Source of the DNA: Candidatus Latescibacterota bacterium
GTDB lineage: Bacteria > Latescibacterota > UBA2968
Length of the DNA: 64,000 nt
Assembly (NCBI GenBank): GCA_965205975.1
Contig: OZ242195.1
Coordinates: 384,001-448,000 of the forward strand
Direction of reading: 5' to 3'
Both the position numbers and the translations under genes were made by a program. Positions within the stretch are counted from its first letter, which is position 1; every line of letters starts with the position of its first letter. Positions 8,723 to 18,259 of the stretch are shown here, piece by piece. The notes beneath the pieces are model-generated. The model did not search any database and was not told the origin of the DNA. It saw only the letters and a program-made list of their open reading frames with translations.

Positions 8723-9316
8723 ATGCCGCGTAAAAACAGAGTTCTTAGCATAGGCGATACCGCCCCCTTATTTACTCTCCCTTCGCATCAGCGGCAAGAC
8801 GTATCGCTCGTATCGCATCGGGGTAAAGAACATGTCATCCTGACGTTTTTTCGAGGGACCTGGTGAAAAAGAAGTCGTCGTCAGTTGGCGGTAGTGCAAG
8901 AACATATAGATGCTTATACCGAACGCAATGCGACATCTATTGCTGTCGCAGCAGGACAGCAACTCTGTAAACTGCGCGAATACGCCGAACGGAGTGGTAT
9001 CACCTATCCGCTTCTGGTGGACGAAGATCGAAGTGCCATCAAAAGCTATGGGGTCTATCATTGGTACAGCCTGGCAATTGCTCACAATCTCATTTACAAC
9101 ATTTTGCGTCCGGCAGAATTTTTCATCGACAAACTCGGCTATTCGTTATATAACTGGCTCGGTCTGCCGGATCACTATCTCAGCAACAGTATTGCCCACC
9201 CTGCGACGTTTATCGTCGATAAACTCGGCATTATTAGATATATGTATATTGGTTCGAATCAGTTTGATTTAGCCGAACAGGAAGAAATTCTCGATCACTT
9301 GAAATTGCTACCATAA
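8723..9316 (+). CDS. Peroxiredoxin-like (AhpC/TSA) protein, probable selenoprotein (UGA at 8864-8866, codon 48)
   Basis: ATG 8723 is in frame with ORF 8885-9316: MPRKNRVLSIGDTAPLFTLPS...HVILTFFRGTW-UGA-KRSRRQL...YPLLVD...PATFIVDKLGIIRY; the UGA sits at the first Cys position of the RGxWCxxC motif. Confidence 0.75.
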
Positions 9317-9340
9317 TTCAGGTTAAAAAATAAATAAAAC

Positions 9341-9398
9341 TTGACAAAAAATTGGTGGTGTTCAAATATTCTTTTTATCTTAAGAAGTTTTTTTAAGA
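9341..9398 (+). promoter_or_regulatory. Putative promoter and TCTTAA-N9-TTAAGA operator for the DUF2236-MMPL module
   Basis: TTGACA 9341-9346 in an AT-rich intergenic region; palindrome at 9378-9398. Confidence 0.45.
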
Positions 9399-9457
9399 CT
9401 TAAACAAGGTGTCCCGTTACCTGACCTCGATAATTTAGGTTAAAATGAGGTGATAGA

Positions 9458-10633
9458 GTGCAGATACCTTCTTCATATCAACCCGGGTATGAAAAAGCAC
9501 TTCTGACCGATCCCGATCTCGCCAAAACGTACATCCAGCACACGCTCATTGGCGATCCCGATGCCGATGCCCTGATCGATGGATTAGCCGACATTGACGA
9601 GAAGCAACAGGGCGAATTCATCAGGGCTGGGATGGACCTGGATGAGGAAAAACTGCGTGATGCGCCTCAGGTAGTACGAGCGTTTTTTGAGAAGGTCGGG
9701 ACGCCGCCCGCGTGGTTTGATCCCGAGTCAGTATATCCCGGATGCCGTGGCTTCCAGGCCTATTCAGATCTGTTTCTTACCTCGTTTGTCGTGGATATTA
9801 TTGTACAGGGTTTCACGACGCTGATCAGCCAATCGTTTTTCACCACAGGAAGGCTGACCGATCAGGGGGTGCGGCGGCTAAAGCAAAATATACTTCACCT
9901 CTTAGAGATTATGTTGCCGGGTGGCCTGGAGCGATATGGCGAGGGCTGGAAACTGTCTGTCCGTCTGCGGCTGGTGCATGCACAGGTCAGGCGGCATCTT
10001 CTCGCTTCTGAGGTGTGGGACTATGAAGCCCACGGCATGCCGATCAGTACTGCCCACATCGCGCTCGCGTCCTGTAATTTCTCCGGGATGCTGTTGCGGT
10101 CAGCCACGCGAATTGGCGCACGTCTAAACGATGAAGAACGCGACAGTTTTATGCAGATATGGCGCTATACCGCTCATCTGATGGGTGTGCCCGAGGCACT
10201 CTTGTTCAGCAATGAGACCGAAGCCTGTGAAATATACCGCGTGGGTTACATTTGCGAACCGCCCCCCGGTCTGGAAGCTATTGCTATGGCAAACTCGGTG
10301 ATTGCCTCGGCTCCTTATGTGATCGGTATTAAAGACGAGAAAGAGCGAGATAATCTATCTGGTTTTGGGTACCGCCTTTCCCGAGCGTTGATTGGAGACG
10401 AACTCGCCGATCAACTCATGTTCCCCAAAAGTCGGACATCTGGGCCTGGGACACTGGTATATTTGCGGCTGAGGCGCAGAATCCAGGAGATCCTCGATGT
10501 CCTGCTATGGTGGAGACCGGGTCATCGTACCCAAAGCTTCATGGCCTTGCTCGACGTATCTACGCTCGAAGAACATAAAATCAGTTACCGATTACCCGAC
10601 AAGCTACACGCAGACGAGGCGAAGCCGTGGTGA
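9458..10633 (+). CDS. Oxygenase of the MpaB/Lcp (DUF2236) family
   Basis: GDPDAD N-terminus, PPAWFD, TGRL, VRLRLVHAQVRR (heme-ligand His helix), WD...GMPIS, WRYTAHLMGVP; no signal peptide. Confidence 0.85.
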   Translation: MQIPSSYQPGYEKALLTDPDLAKTYIQHTLIGDPDADALIDGLADIDEKQQGEFIRAGMDLDEEKLRDAPQVVRAFFEKVGTPPAWFDPESVYPGCRGFQAYSDLFLTSFVVDIIVQGFTTLISQSFFTTGRLTDQGVRRLKQNILHLLEIMLPGGLERYGEGWKLSVRLRLVHAQVRRHLLASEVWDYEAHGMPISTAHIALASCNFSGMLLRSATRIGARLNDEERDSFMQIWRYTAHLMGVPEALLFSNETEACEIYRVGYICEPPPGLEAIAMANSVIASAPYVIGIKDEKERDNLSGFGYRLSRALIGDELADQLMFPKSRTSGPGTLVYLRLRRRIQEILDVLLWWRPGHRTQSFMALLDVSTLEEHKISYRLPDKLHADEAKPW

Positions 10634-10712
10634 GGTATGACGGTCTTTATCCACCAATATATAATGAGGGAAATCATTCGCTCGGTGAACGCGTCGCCGC
10701 ACTTAATCCGAA

Positions 10713-13016
10713 ATGGTCGAAGGAGTGTTTCTTTTGCAATTAGAACGCTACACCGCTGTCATTTTGCGCTATCGATGGTTGGTCGTTGCGCTCGCAACGC
10801 TGGTCATGCTGGCTATCGCGGCAGGTGTTCGCTTCATTACTGTCACAAACGATTACCGCATTCTGTTTGGCGAAGACAATCCGCAACTCCTCGCTTTCGA
10901 CGCTCTGGAGAATACGTATTCGGCCTCCAATGCGGCACTGATTGCCGTTGCGCCCCGAGATGGCTCGGTGTTTACCCGCGAGGCACTTGGCGCGGTTGAA
11001 GAATTGACCGAAGCCGCGTGGCGCGCGCCTTATTCCAGTCGCGTCAATTCCCTTACCAATTATACCCATAGCGAAGCATTCGAGGACGATTTGGTTGTCG
11101 CTCCGCTCGTTGACGACGCATCTTCTCTGAGCGATGCCGATGTGGTGCGTATCGAGAAGATCGCGCTGGACGCAATCGAAATTGCCGGGCGTCTGGTGTC
11201 TCATGATGGGCGCACGGCCGGGGTGGCTATTAATTTTATCCTGCCCGAAAATCACGACCAGGCAGTAATCGAAATTACCGATTATCTCAATTCGGTCCTC
11301 AATCAAGCCCGTACGAGCCGTCCGGATATCGATTATTACATGACCGGCGATGTCGTCATGAATCAGACTTTTGCCGATGTAACGAAGAGCGACATGGAGA
11401 CCCTGACACCTGTTGTGTTTCTCATCATTGTAGGTGCCACAATTATTCTCCTGCGTTCGATTCTCAGCACTTTGGCCATTGTTGCCGTGCTCGTGTTTGT
11501 CATCAATACGACTATGGGATTCGCTGGCTGGAATGGCGTGGTGTTCAGCCCCACCAATGCCGGTGTGCCGATTATTGTCATGGTGATCGCCATCGCGGAT
11601 TCGATCCACGTTGTCACGAGTGTTTTATTGGGGATGAGGCGCGGTCTGGACAGAAATGCGGCGATTGTCGAGTCGATCCGCATCAATGCCTATCCGGTAT
11701 TTATTACTTCCGTCACGACGGCGATTGGATTTCTCAGTCTGAATGCCTCAGATTCGCCACCTTTTCACGTCCTGGGCAATTACGTGGCATTTGGTGTATT
11801 ATGCGCGCTTGTTTACACTATGACGCTATTGCCGGCAGTGCTTTCGATTCTGCCATTGCGTGCGTCTTCTGCCCAGTCCGAGGGGACTGTCTTTTTTGAC
11901 CGCTTTGCCGACTTTGTCATCGCCCGCCGCAAATTTTTGCTCTGGTTCGTCACTGCGGTTGTCGTTGTTCTGATCCTCGGCGTTCCCCGCATTGAGCTGA
12001 GCGATAATATGGCGCAGTATTTTGATGATCGCTACGAGTTCCGGCGCGATACGGATTATGTTATCGATAATCTGACAGGTCTGGATAAGCTGGAATATTC
12101 GCTGAGTGCAGGACGCGAAGGGGGTATTACCGATCCGGATTATCTGCGCCAGGTTGATGCTTTTTCCGAGTGGTACCGGGAACAACCCGAAGTGACCCAT
12201 GTCCAGGCATTTTCGGATATTATGAAACGTCTCAACAAAAATATGCACGGCGACGATCCAGCTTTTTATCGCTTGCCCGAAGATTCAGACCTCGCGGCGC
12301 AGTATCTGTTGCTCTACGAGTTTTCGCTTCCTTTTGGCAGCGATCTCAACGACCGCATAGATGTCGCCAAATCCGCTACGCGCCTGAGTGTCGTGACTAA
12401 GAATGCGTGGTCGCGAGATCTGCGTGAACTCGATAAACGCGCACAGGTCTGGCTCCGCACCAATGCACCCGCTTTTGCACACGAGGCATCGGGTCTGAGC
12501 ATTGTTTTTGCCCATCTGTCCCTGCGAAATATCAATAGCATGTTGCGCGGTACGATCACTGCGATGGCACTTATTTCGTTTATTTTAATCTGGATTTTCA
12601 AGAGTGTTCGGGTCGGTCTCCTCAGCTTGTTGCCCAATTTTATCCCCGCGATTATGAGCTTCGGCCTGTGGGGCTATCTCGTCGGTCATGTGGGCATTGC
12701 CTCTTCGGTGGTGATCGCTGTTGTTTTTGGAATTGTCGTGGATGATACGATTCATTTTTTGAGCAAATATCTGAAGGCCCGGCGCGAGGGCCTTCCCGCA
12801 CCCGAGGCCGTGCGCTATACTTTTAACACGGTGGGCCATGCGTTATGGACGACGACCGCAGTGTTGTCAGTGGGCTTTCTGGTGTTTGCCACATCGGGAT
12901 TTGAGGTGAGTTGGGCACTCGGCCTTTTGGTCACGGTTACGATTGTCTTCGCGCTTGTTGCCGACTTTTTACTTTTGCCAACTCTACTGATTGCTATTGA
13001 CCGGAGAAATTCATGA
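10713..13016 (+). CDS. MMPL/RND family transporter
   Basis: Two repeats of TM + large periplasmic loop + 5 TM; IADSIH, TSVTTAIGFLSL, GIVVDDTIHF; true start may be TTG at 10734 after AAGGAG. Confidence 0.9.
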   Translation: MVEGVFLLQLERYTAVILRYRWLVVALATLVMLAIAAGVRFITVTNDYRILFGEDNPQLLAFDALENTYSASNAALIAVAPRDGSVFTREALGAVEELTEAAWRAPYSSRVNSLTNYTHSEAFEDDLVVAPLVDDASSLSDADVVRIEKIALDAIEIAGRLVSHDGRTAGVAINFILPENHDQAVIEITDYLNSVLNQARTSRPDIDYYMTGDVVMNQTFADVTKSDMETLTPVVFLIIVGATIILLRSILSTLAIVAVLVFVINTTMGFAGWNGVVFSPTNAGVPIIVMVIAIADSIHVVTSVLLGMRRGLDRNAAIVESIRINAYPVFITSVTTAIGFLSLNASDSPPFHVLGNYVAFGVLCALVYTMTLLPAVLSILPLRASSAQSEGTVFFDRFADFVIARRKFLLWFVTAVVVVLILGVPRIELSDNMAQYFDDRYEFRRDTDYVIDNLTGLDKLEYSLSAGREGGITDPDYLRQVDAFSEWYREQPEVTHVQAFSDIMKRLNKNMHGDDPAFYRLPEDSDLAAQYLLLYEFSLPFGSDLNDRIDVAKSATRLSVVTKNAWSRDLRELDKRAQVWLRTNAPAFAHEASGLSIVFAHLSLRNINSMLRGTITAMALISFILIWIFKSVRVGLLSLLPNFIPAIMSFGLWGYLVGHVGIASSVVIAVVFGIVVDDTIHFLSKYLKARREGLPAPEAVRYTFNTVGHALWTTTAVLSVGFLVFATSGFEVSWALGLLVTVTIVFALVADFLLLPTLLIAIDRRNS

Positions 13017-13816
13017 TACCAATACGACCAATATACCTGTTTTTCGCGCTTTGTCAGATCTTGGCGGCGTGTCTGCCTGTGTATGCAGACGACGCCACCC
13101 CTGAGGAAACCGGGTTGAAAATTGCACAGGATGCCCAGGATCGCGAGAAGGGGTTTGGCAATTTTACGGCTCAGCAAACCATGGTGTTGCGCAATAAACA
13201 CGGGCAGGAGAGCCGGCGCCAACTTCGAGTAAAGGTTCTCGAAGTCTCCGAAGATGGCGACAAGAGCCTATTTGTATTTGACCAGCCGCGCGATGTCAAG
13301 GGAACGGCGTTGCTTATTCACGCGCATAGGGAAAGCGCGGACGACCAATGGCTTTATTTGCCCGCTCTGAAGCGCGTCAAGCGCATTAGTTCGTCGAATC
13401 AGTCCGGTTCTTTTATGGGGAGTGAGTTCGCTTATGAGGACCTGACCCCTCAGGCTGTGGAGAAATTTACCTATCGTTACCTGCGCGACGAGGCATATGG
13501 CGATTTGACATGCACGGTTACAGAACGCTTTCCCGTAGATAAGAAATCGGGCTACAGCCGGCAGGTGGTCTGGCGCGATAAGGATGAGTTGCGCGTCTGG
13601 AAAGTGGCGTATTACGACCGCAAGGATGCCCATCTGAAGACACTCACTCTGGGAAATTACGCGCAGTATCTGGAGCGTTATTGGCGTGCTGGTGAGATGA
13701 CGATGGTCAATCATTTAACCGGGAAAAGTACGGTTCTGACCTGGACGGATTTTGAGTTTCAGACTGATCTCAACGATCGCGATTTCACACAAACTGGGCT
13801 GAAACGGGTGCGTTGA
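13013..13816 (+). CDS. Outer-membrane lipoprotein-sorting protein (LolA-like)
   Basis: Signal peptide; FDQPRDVKGTALL, DDQWLYLPALKRVKRI, SFMGSEFAYEDL. Confidence 0.9.
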   Translation: MIPIRPIYLFFALCQILAACLPVYADDATPEETGLKIAQDAQDREKGFGNFTAQQTMVLRNKHGQESRRQLRVKVLEVSEDGDKSLFVFDQPRDVKGTALLIHAHRESADDQWLYLPALKRVKRISSSNQSGSFMGSEFAYEDLTPQAVEKFTYRYLRDEAYGDLTCTVTERFPVDKKSGYSRQVVWRDKDELRVWKVAYYDRKDAHLKTLTLGNYAQYLERYWRAGEMTMVNHLTGKSTVLTWTDFEFQTDLNDRDFTQTGLKRVR

Positions 13817-15084
13817 TGCTACGCCGTACTGCTCTTCATATTTTACCTTTCGGCGCTGTCTGGATTTTGGTTCTGGTCTTTGCTGTTGGCGCACATGCCG
13901 AAATTGGGATTGACCGCGATTTTTCCGGGCGCGTGAATGTCGAAAGCCGATGGTTTCCCAAATCCGGTGCCTTTTCCGGTCAGGGGGCGCATGCCATCGG
14001 CTTTGTTGTTGTGCCCAACCTCTATCTCGCAGACGCTGAGGGTAGGAGTTTCACGCTATCGCCGTTCTTTCGCTACGACAACGCGGATCCACGCCGCACC
14101 CATGCCGATCTGCGAGAAGCCTATTTTCTGGTATTCGGAGAGATCGGCGATGGTGAATGGGAGTTGCGCGTGGGTATTGACCAGGTTTTCTGGGGCGTTA
14201 CGGAATCGCAACATCTGGTGGATATTGTCAATCAGATCGATCTGGTGGAACATCCAAATGGAGAGGCTAAGCTGGGGCAGCCGATGGTCAATATTACCTG
14301 GTCCAGCGATTGGGGAGTAGTGGAATTTTTTGTTTTGCCGTATCACCGGGTGCGCACGTTTCCGGGCGAATCCGGCCGCCTGCGCCTCCCGCTCGTGGTG
14401 GAAGATGAGCAAGTTGAGTATGAGAGCGAGGGGGAGGAGTGGCATCTGGATTTCGCTGCACGGTACAGTCAGAGTTTTGGTGCTTTCGATGTTGGCCTGA
14501 GTGTGTTTAACGGCACCAGTCGAGAGCCTTTTTTGATGCTGGGCGTGAGTAGTAATGGGGCGCCGGTATTGGTTCAGCAATACGATCAGATCCGTCAGTT
14601 TGGGCTGGATGCGCAACTGACTGTCGGTTCCTGGTTGTTCAAGGTAGAAGCGATTCAGCGTGCGGGTGCCCGAAATCTGCTGGGTATGGAAGAGGATTAT
14701 GTGGCTTCCGTTTTTGGGGGAGAATACACGTTTTATTCCGCGTTTGGTTCGGCTGTTGATGTCAGTTTGCTCGGCGAATGGAATTATGATGGGCGGGGGC
14801 GTAATGCGACTCCGAGTCGCTCGCCCAATACGCTCGAGAACGATTTCTTTTTTGCCACGCGCCTTGCATTCAACGATGTTCAGAGTACTGAGATTGTCGC
14901 GAGTATTCTGGGGGATGCGGGTCGTTCTACACGCGCACTATCTGTCGAATTGGACCGGCGCATCTCTGACAGGTTGTCTCTGAATATAGAGGCGATTTAT
15001 CTTCTCAGTATTGATAGAGCGGATATCCACTATGATACGCGACGCGATAGTTTTATTGATCTGAGCCTGATTTACAATTTTTAG
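13813..15084 (+). CDS. Putative outer-membrane beta-barrel protein
   Basis: Signal peptide, DLREAY, GIDQVFWGVTES, amphipathic strands, terminal YNF (Bam signal); overlaps upstream stop. Confidence 0.75.
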   Translation: MMLRRTALHILPFGAVWILVLVFAVGAHAEIGIDRDFSGRVNVESRWFPKSGAFSGQGAHAIGFVVVPNLYLADAEGRSFTLSPFFRYDNADPRRTHADLREAYFLVFGEIGDGEWELRVGIDQVFWGVTESQHLVDIVNQIDLVEHPNGEAKLGQPMVNITWSSDWGVVEFFVLPYHRVRTFPGESGRLRLPLVVEDEQVEYESEGEEWHLDFAARYSQSFGAFDVGLSVFNGTSREPFLMLGVSSNGAPVLVQQYDQIRQFGLDAQLTVGSWLFKVEAIQRAGARNLLGMEEDYVASVFGGEYTFYSAFGSAVDVSLLGEWNYDGRGRNATPSRSPNTLENDFFFATRLAFNDVQSTEIVASILGDAGRSTRALSVELDRRISDRLSLNIEAIYLLSIDRADIHYDTRRDSFIDLSLIYNF

Positions 15085-15104
15085 TTGTTGCACAATCTCT
15101 AATT

Positions 15105-15150
15105 AAAAAACAAGATCCCCGCCCGGAATGACCAGGCGGGGGTTTGTTTG
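15105..15150. terminator. Probable bidirectional terminator between convergent genes
   Basis: CCCCGCC...GGCGGGG stem flanked by an A-rich and a T-rich run. Confidence 0.6.
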
Positions 15151-15168
15151 GTTGTATAGAAGGAATGA

Positions 15169-16488
15169 TTACGTTACCACAGGTTCCATACCGGGTTCGC
15201 CCGCGTGGTAAGACGCCAGACACCAGGGGTCTCGGGTTTCTTTGCGGAAGGTGCGAACTTTTTGTCGCATGGATTCGGCGATGTCCCGAACTGCGGGATC
15301 GTCGATGATGTTGGTGGATTCCATGGGATCGTTTTCAATGTCGAAGAGGGCTTCGGCATCCTGGTGCAAAAATTTTTCCGTGCGGCGTTTGCCCATTTCC
15401 AAGTTTTCTCTGCGAATGGCCTGCCAGGTGGGCGAGGCCCACAGGTCACTGGGCAAAGGGGTGGTGATTTCGGGATAGAGATTGCGCACGTATTTGTATT
15501 TGCGTCCGCGTAAAACTCGGTAGGGATAGTAGTTGGTGACTTCGTGAAAGGTGTGAGAAAAGAAGGTTTCGTCAAATCCCTCGGGATGTGCCTCGTCGAG
15601 TATGGGGACGAGAGATTTTTCGGGCAGGCCTTCAGGGGGTTCAATGCCGCACCATTCAAAGACGGTCGGGGCGATGTTGTTCCAGTTGACAAGGGCGTCG
15701 CTGATAACGGCTTCGGCGTTTGGGCGCGCAATGATGAGCGGGCAGTGATGGCCCGTGTCAAAAGAAGAGGCTTTGCCGCCGGGGAAGGGCATGCCGTGAT
15801 CGCTCATGACAATGATCATGGTGTCATCGGCGCGGCCAGCGTCTTGGAGTGCTTGCACGGCCATGCCAATGCCGGTGTCGAGGCGAGAGACGGATTGGTA
15901 GTATTCGGCAAATTCTCGTCGTACGTCTGGATGGTCGGGCAGAAAATCGGGGATGATGACTTCGTCGGGTGAGTATGTGGCTTCGGGAACGCCGGGATAG
16001 GTTTGTTTGTTGCCGAAGTCACGGTGGGGATCGGAATAACCGACGTGTAGATAGAATGGCTGGTCGCTGTCAATGGTTTCAAAGAATTTTGAGATGTTGT
16101 CTGCAATACCGCGCACATTGCGCCCTCCGCCAGCTTCGTAGTTCCAGGGATAGACAGATTCGGGTTGTACATGGAGTTTGCCGACAACGCCGGTTGTGAA
16201 TCCAGCGGATTGTAGGGTTTTGGGAATTGACGGCATGTTGAGTTGTGTGTGGAAGTTGTGGATGCTGTGTGAGTGACCGTATTGCCCGTGCGTGTGGCTG
16301 TAGTGCCCGGTGAGCAGGTTGGCGCGGCTGGCTGCACACGATGGGGTGGTGCAAAAGGCGTGCTTAAATAAGGTGCCTCGCGCAGCAAGGGCATCTACGC
16401 TGGGCATTTTGATGATGTCATTGCCATAACATCCGGCAATGGGGCTCCAATCGTCGGCAATGAGTAAGAGGACGTTGCGATAGGACAT
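15169..16488 (-). CDS. Sulfatase, N-sulfoglucosamine sulfohydrolase (sulfamidase)-like
   Basis: NVLLLIADD, SCAASR, GKLHVQP, DPHR, SDHGMPFP, SHTFHEVTNYYP. Confidence 0.88.
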   Translation of the reverse strand: MSYRNVLLLIADDWSPIAGCYGNDIIKMPSVDALAARGTLFKHAFCTTPSCAASRANLLTGHYSHTHGQYGHSHSIHNFHTQLNMPSIPKTLQSAGFTTGVVGKLHVQPESVYPWNYEAGGGRNVRGIADNISKFFETIDSDQPFYLHVGYSDPHRDFGNKQTYPGVPEATYSPDEVIIPDFLPDHPDVRREFAEYYQSVSRLDTGIGMAVQALQDAGRADDTMIIVMSDHGMPFPGGKASSFDTGHHCPLIIARPNAEAVISDALVNWNNIAPTVFEWCGIEPPEGLPEKSLVPILDEAHPEGFDETFFSHTFHEVTNYYPYRVLRGRKYKYVRNLYPEITTPLPSDLWASPTWQAIRRENLEMGKRRTEKFLHQDAEALFDIENDPMESTNIIDDPAVRDIAESMRQKVRTFRKETRDPWCLASYHAGEPGMEPVVT

Positions 16489-16499
16489 AAGATCTCCTT

Positions 16500-17816
16500 T
16501 TAATTTTTTATTGAACTGTTGTCGCGTTTTCGCTCACCGGCTATTTGTTCGAGCATGCGATGCACGCGGTCGAGTTGTGTAGATGTTATATTTGCCGTTT
16601 CGTAAGGATCGGAACCGATGTGAAAAAGTTCGGTTTCTTCGGGGGTTTGGCCTTCTTCGTAGATCAATTTCCAATTGCCCGTTCGCATGCCAAAGGACGA
16701 TCCTCTAAAATTCCAGAAGATAGACCGTTCTTCGGGTATAGCGATGTCGCCCGTGAGCAGGGGCCAGATGTCTTGGCCATCCCATTGGGGATCGCTGTTG
16801 GGCGTATAGTCAATGAGATTGGTCAGGGTTGGCATCCAGTCGGTTATGTGCAAGGGGTGAAAGCATTTGCCGGGTTGCAGATGAAAAGGCCAATTAATCA
16901 GGGATGGCGTGCGGATGCCGCCTTCGTAGAGTTGAGATTTTTGACCTCGCAGGGGCAAGTTGTTGCCCAGGCGCGGCATGTCTTCGTGTCGGCCCGGGTA
17001 TTTGTCCGTGTCGTGAAGGGGACCGGCAGGGATGGCACCGTTGTCCGATGAGAAGATGATGATGGTGTTTTCGCGCTGGCAGGTGCGGGCAAGGGTCTCG
17101 ACGAGTTGACCGATGGCGTGATCCATCTGGCTGGCGTACGCGGCATAGGTTTTGAATGAGCGGTCTTTGTTGTCGTCGGGGTCGTAGCGCCGGTCTGAAT
17201 AGCGGTCTATCCAGTGTTGCGGCGCTTTGATGGGGGTGTGAACAGCGGTGAAAGGAACATAGCAAAACCAGGGGGCTGTTTGCGCTTCGATCCACTGGGT
17301 GGCTTCCCGAGCGATGAGGTCGGTGACGTGGCCGCGTTCTTCAATGAGTTCGCCATTGCGGTGCCAGGTGACGCTGAATGGTCCCGATTTGTAGCGGTGG
17401 TTATACGGGTCAACGCCACCGGCAAGGCTCCCATAAGCTGTATTGAAACCAAAGTGGTTGGGGCCGTATTCGGGGGAGGATCCCAAATGCCATTTTCCAA
17501 AGAGGCCGGTTTCGTAGCCCGCATTGCGGAAGGAGGAGGCGAGTGTTTCATATCCATCTGGCAGTACAGGGGCGTTAGATGGAACGGTGGCGTGGCGTCC
17601 AAAGCGACCGGGATGACGGCCCGTCAGTAGGCAAGTGCGGGTGGGAGTACACATGGGACAGACGTAGTGCTGGTCGAGTTCGATTCCCGTGGCTGCGAGG
17701 CGGTCAATGTTGGGTGTGCGAATGTGTGAGCCGTGATAGCTGACGTCACCCCAGCCCATGTCGTCGGCGAGGATGAAGAGAATATTGGGTTTTTCAATTT
17801 TTCCAGATTTGGTCAT
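16500..17816 (-). CDS. Arylsulfatase (arylsulfatase B-like)
   Basis: PNILFILADDMGW, MCTPTR, GKWHLG, VHTP, SDNG; start placed at ATG 17816. Confidence 0.9.
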   Translation of the reverse strand: MTKSGKIEKPNILFILADDMGWGDVSYHGSHIRTPNIDRLAATGIELDQHYVCPMCTPTRTCLLTGRHPGRFGRHATVPSNAPVLPDGYETLASSFRNAGYETGLFGKWHLGSSPEYGPNHFGFNTAYGSLAGGVDPYNHRYKSGPFSVTWHRNGELIEERGHVTDLIAREATQWIEAQTAPWFCYVPFTAVHTPIKAPQHWIDRYSDRRYDPDDNKDRSFKTYAAYASQMDHAIGQLVETLARTCQRENTIIIFSSDNGAIPAGPLHDTDKYPGRHEDMPRLGNNLPLRGQKSQLYEGGIRTPSLINWPFHLQPGKCFHPLHITDWMPTLTNLIDYTPNSDPQWDGQDIWPLLTGDIAIPEERSIFWNFRGSSFGMRTGNWKLIYEEGQTPEETELFHIGSDPYETANITSTQLDRVHRMLEQIAGERKRDNSSIKN

Positions 17817-17838
17817 GTCAGGTATCCTGTTAAATAGT

Positions 17839-18246
17839 CTATAAAATCCACTGTCTGATTTTGCCGTGTTCCCTGTGTTTTGCATACCACAATAATAGGA
17901 TTATGATTGCGATACCTGTGCCATCCCACACCACATCGGTCCAAATGCCAGTGCGGCTGGGTACAAAGGATTGATGGTATTCGTCCAATATCGCATAGAG
18001 AATCGATATCAGGACGCTCCACAATACACAGGGGGCAAATCGGTTCTTTGTCCATAGAGAACGGAAACACAGATAGGTCAAAATAGCATATTCTGCTATG
18101 TGTGCAAATTTGCGCGCCGCATGGTGTATTCGTTCACTGAAAAAGAAAAACCTTTCTGTATTCTCGAATGATAGCAGGCCACTTGAACCAATAAAAATTA
18201 AGAGTAGCCAGATAAATAGGGCGATGCGCCAATGCGTTGTTGTCAT
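17839..18246 (-). CDS. VanZ-like family membrane protein
   Basis: RKFAHIAEYAIL, YAILDEYHQSFVPSR...DVVWD. Confidence 0.88.
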   Translation of the reverse strand: MTTTHWRIALFIWLLLIFIGSSGLLSFENTERFFFFSERIHHAARKFAHIAEYAILTYLCFRSLWTKNRFAPCVLWSVLISILYAILDEYHQSFVPSRTGIWTDVVWDGTGIAIIILLLWYAKHREHGKIRQWIL

Positions 18247-18259
18247 GACTTTTTCCACC

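Noticed and set aside
8864..8866. Genome-wide UGA reassignment (alternative genetic code)
   Set aside because: Many genes in the window end in TGA at expected family C-termini (e.g. nadA, cox subunits), so any readthrough is site-specific
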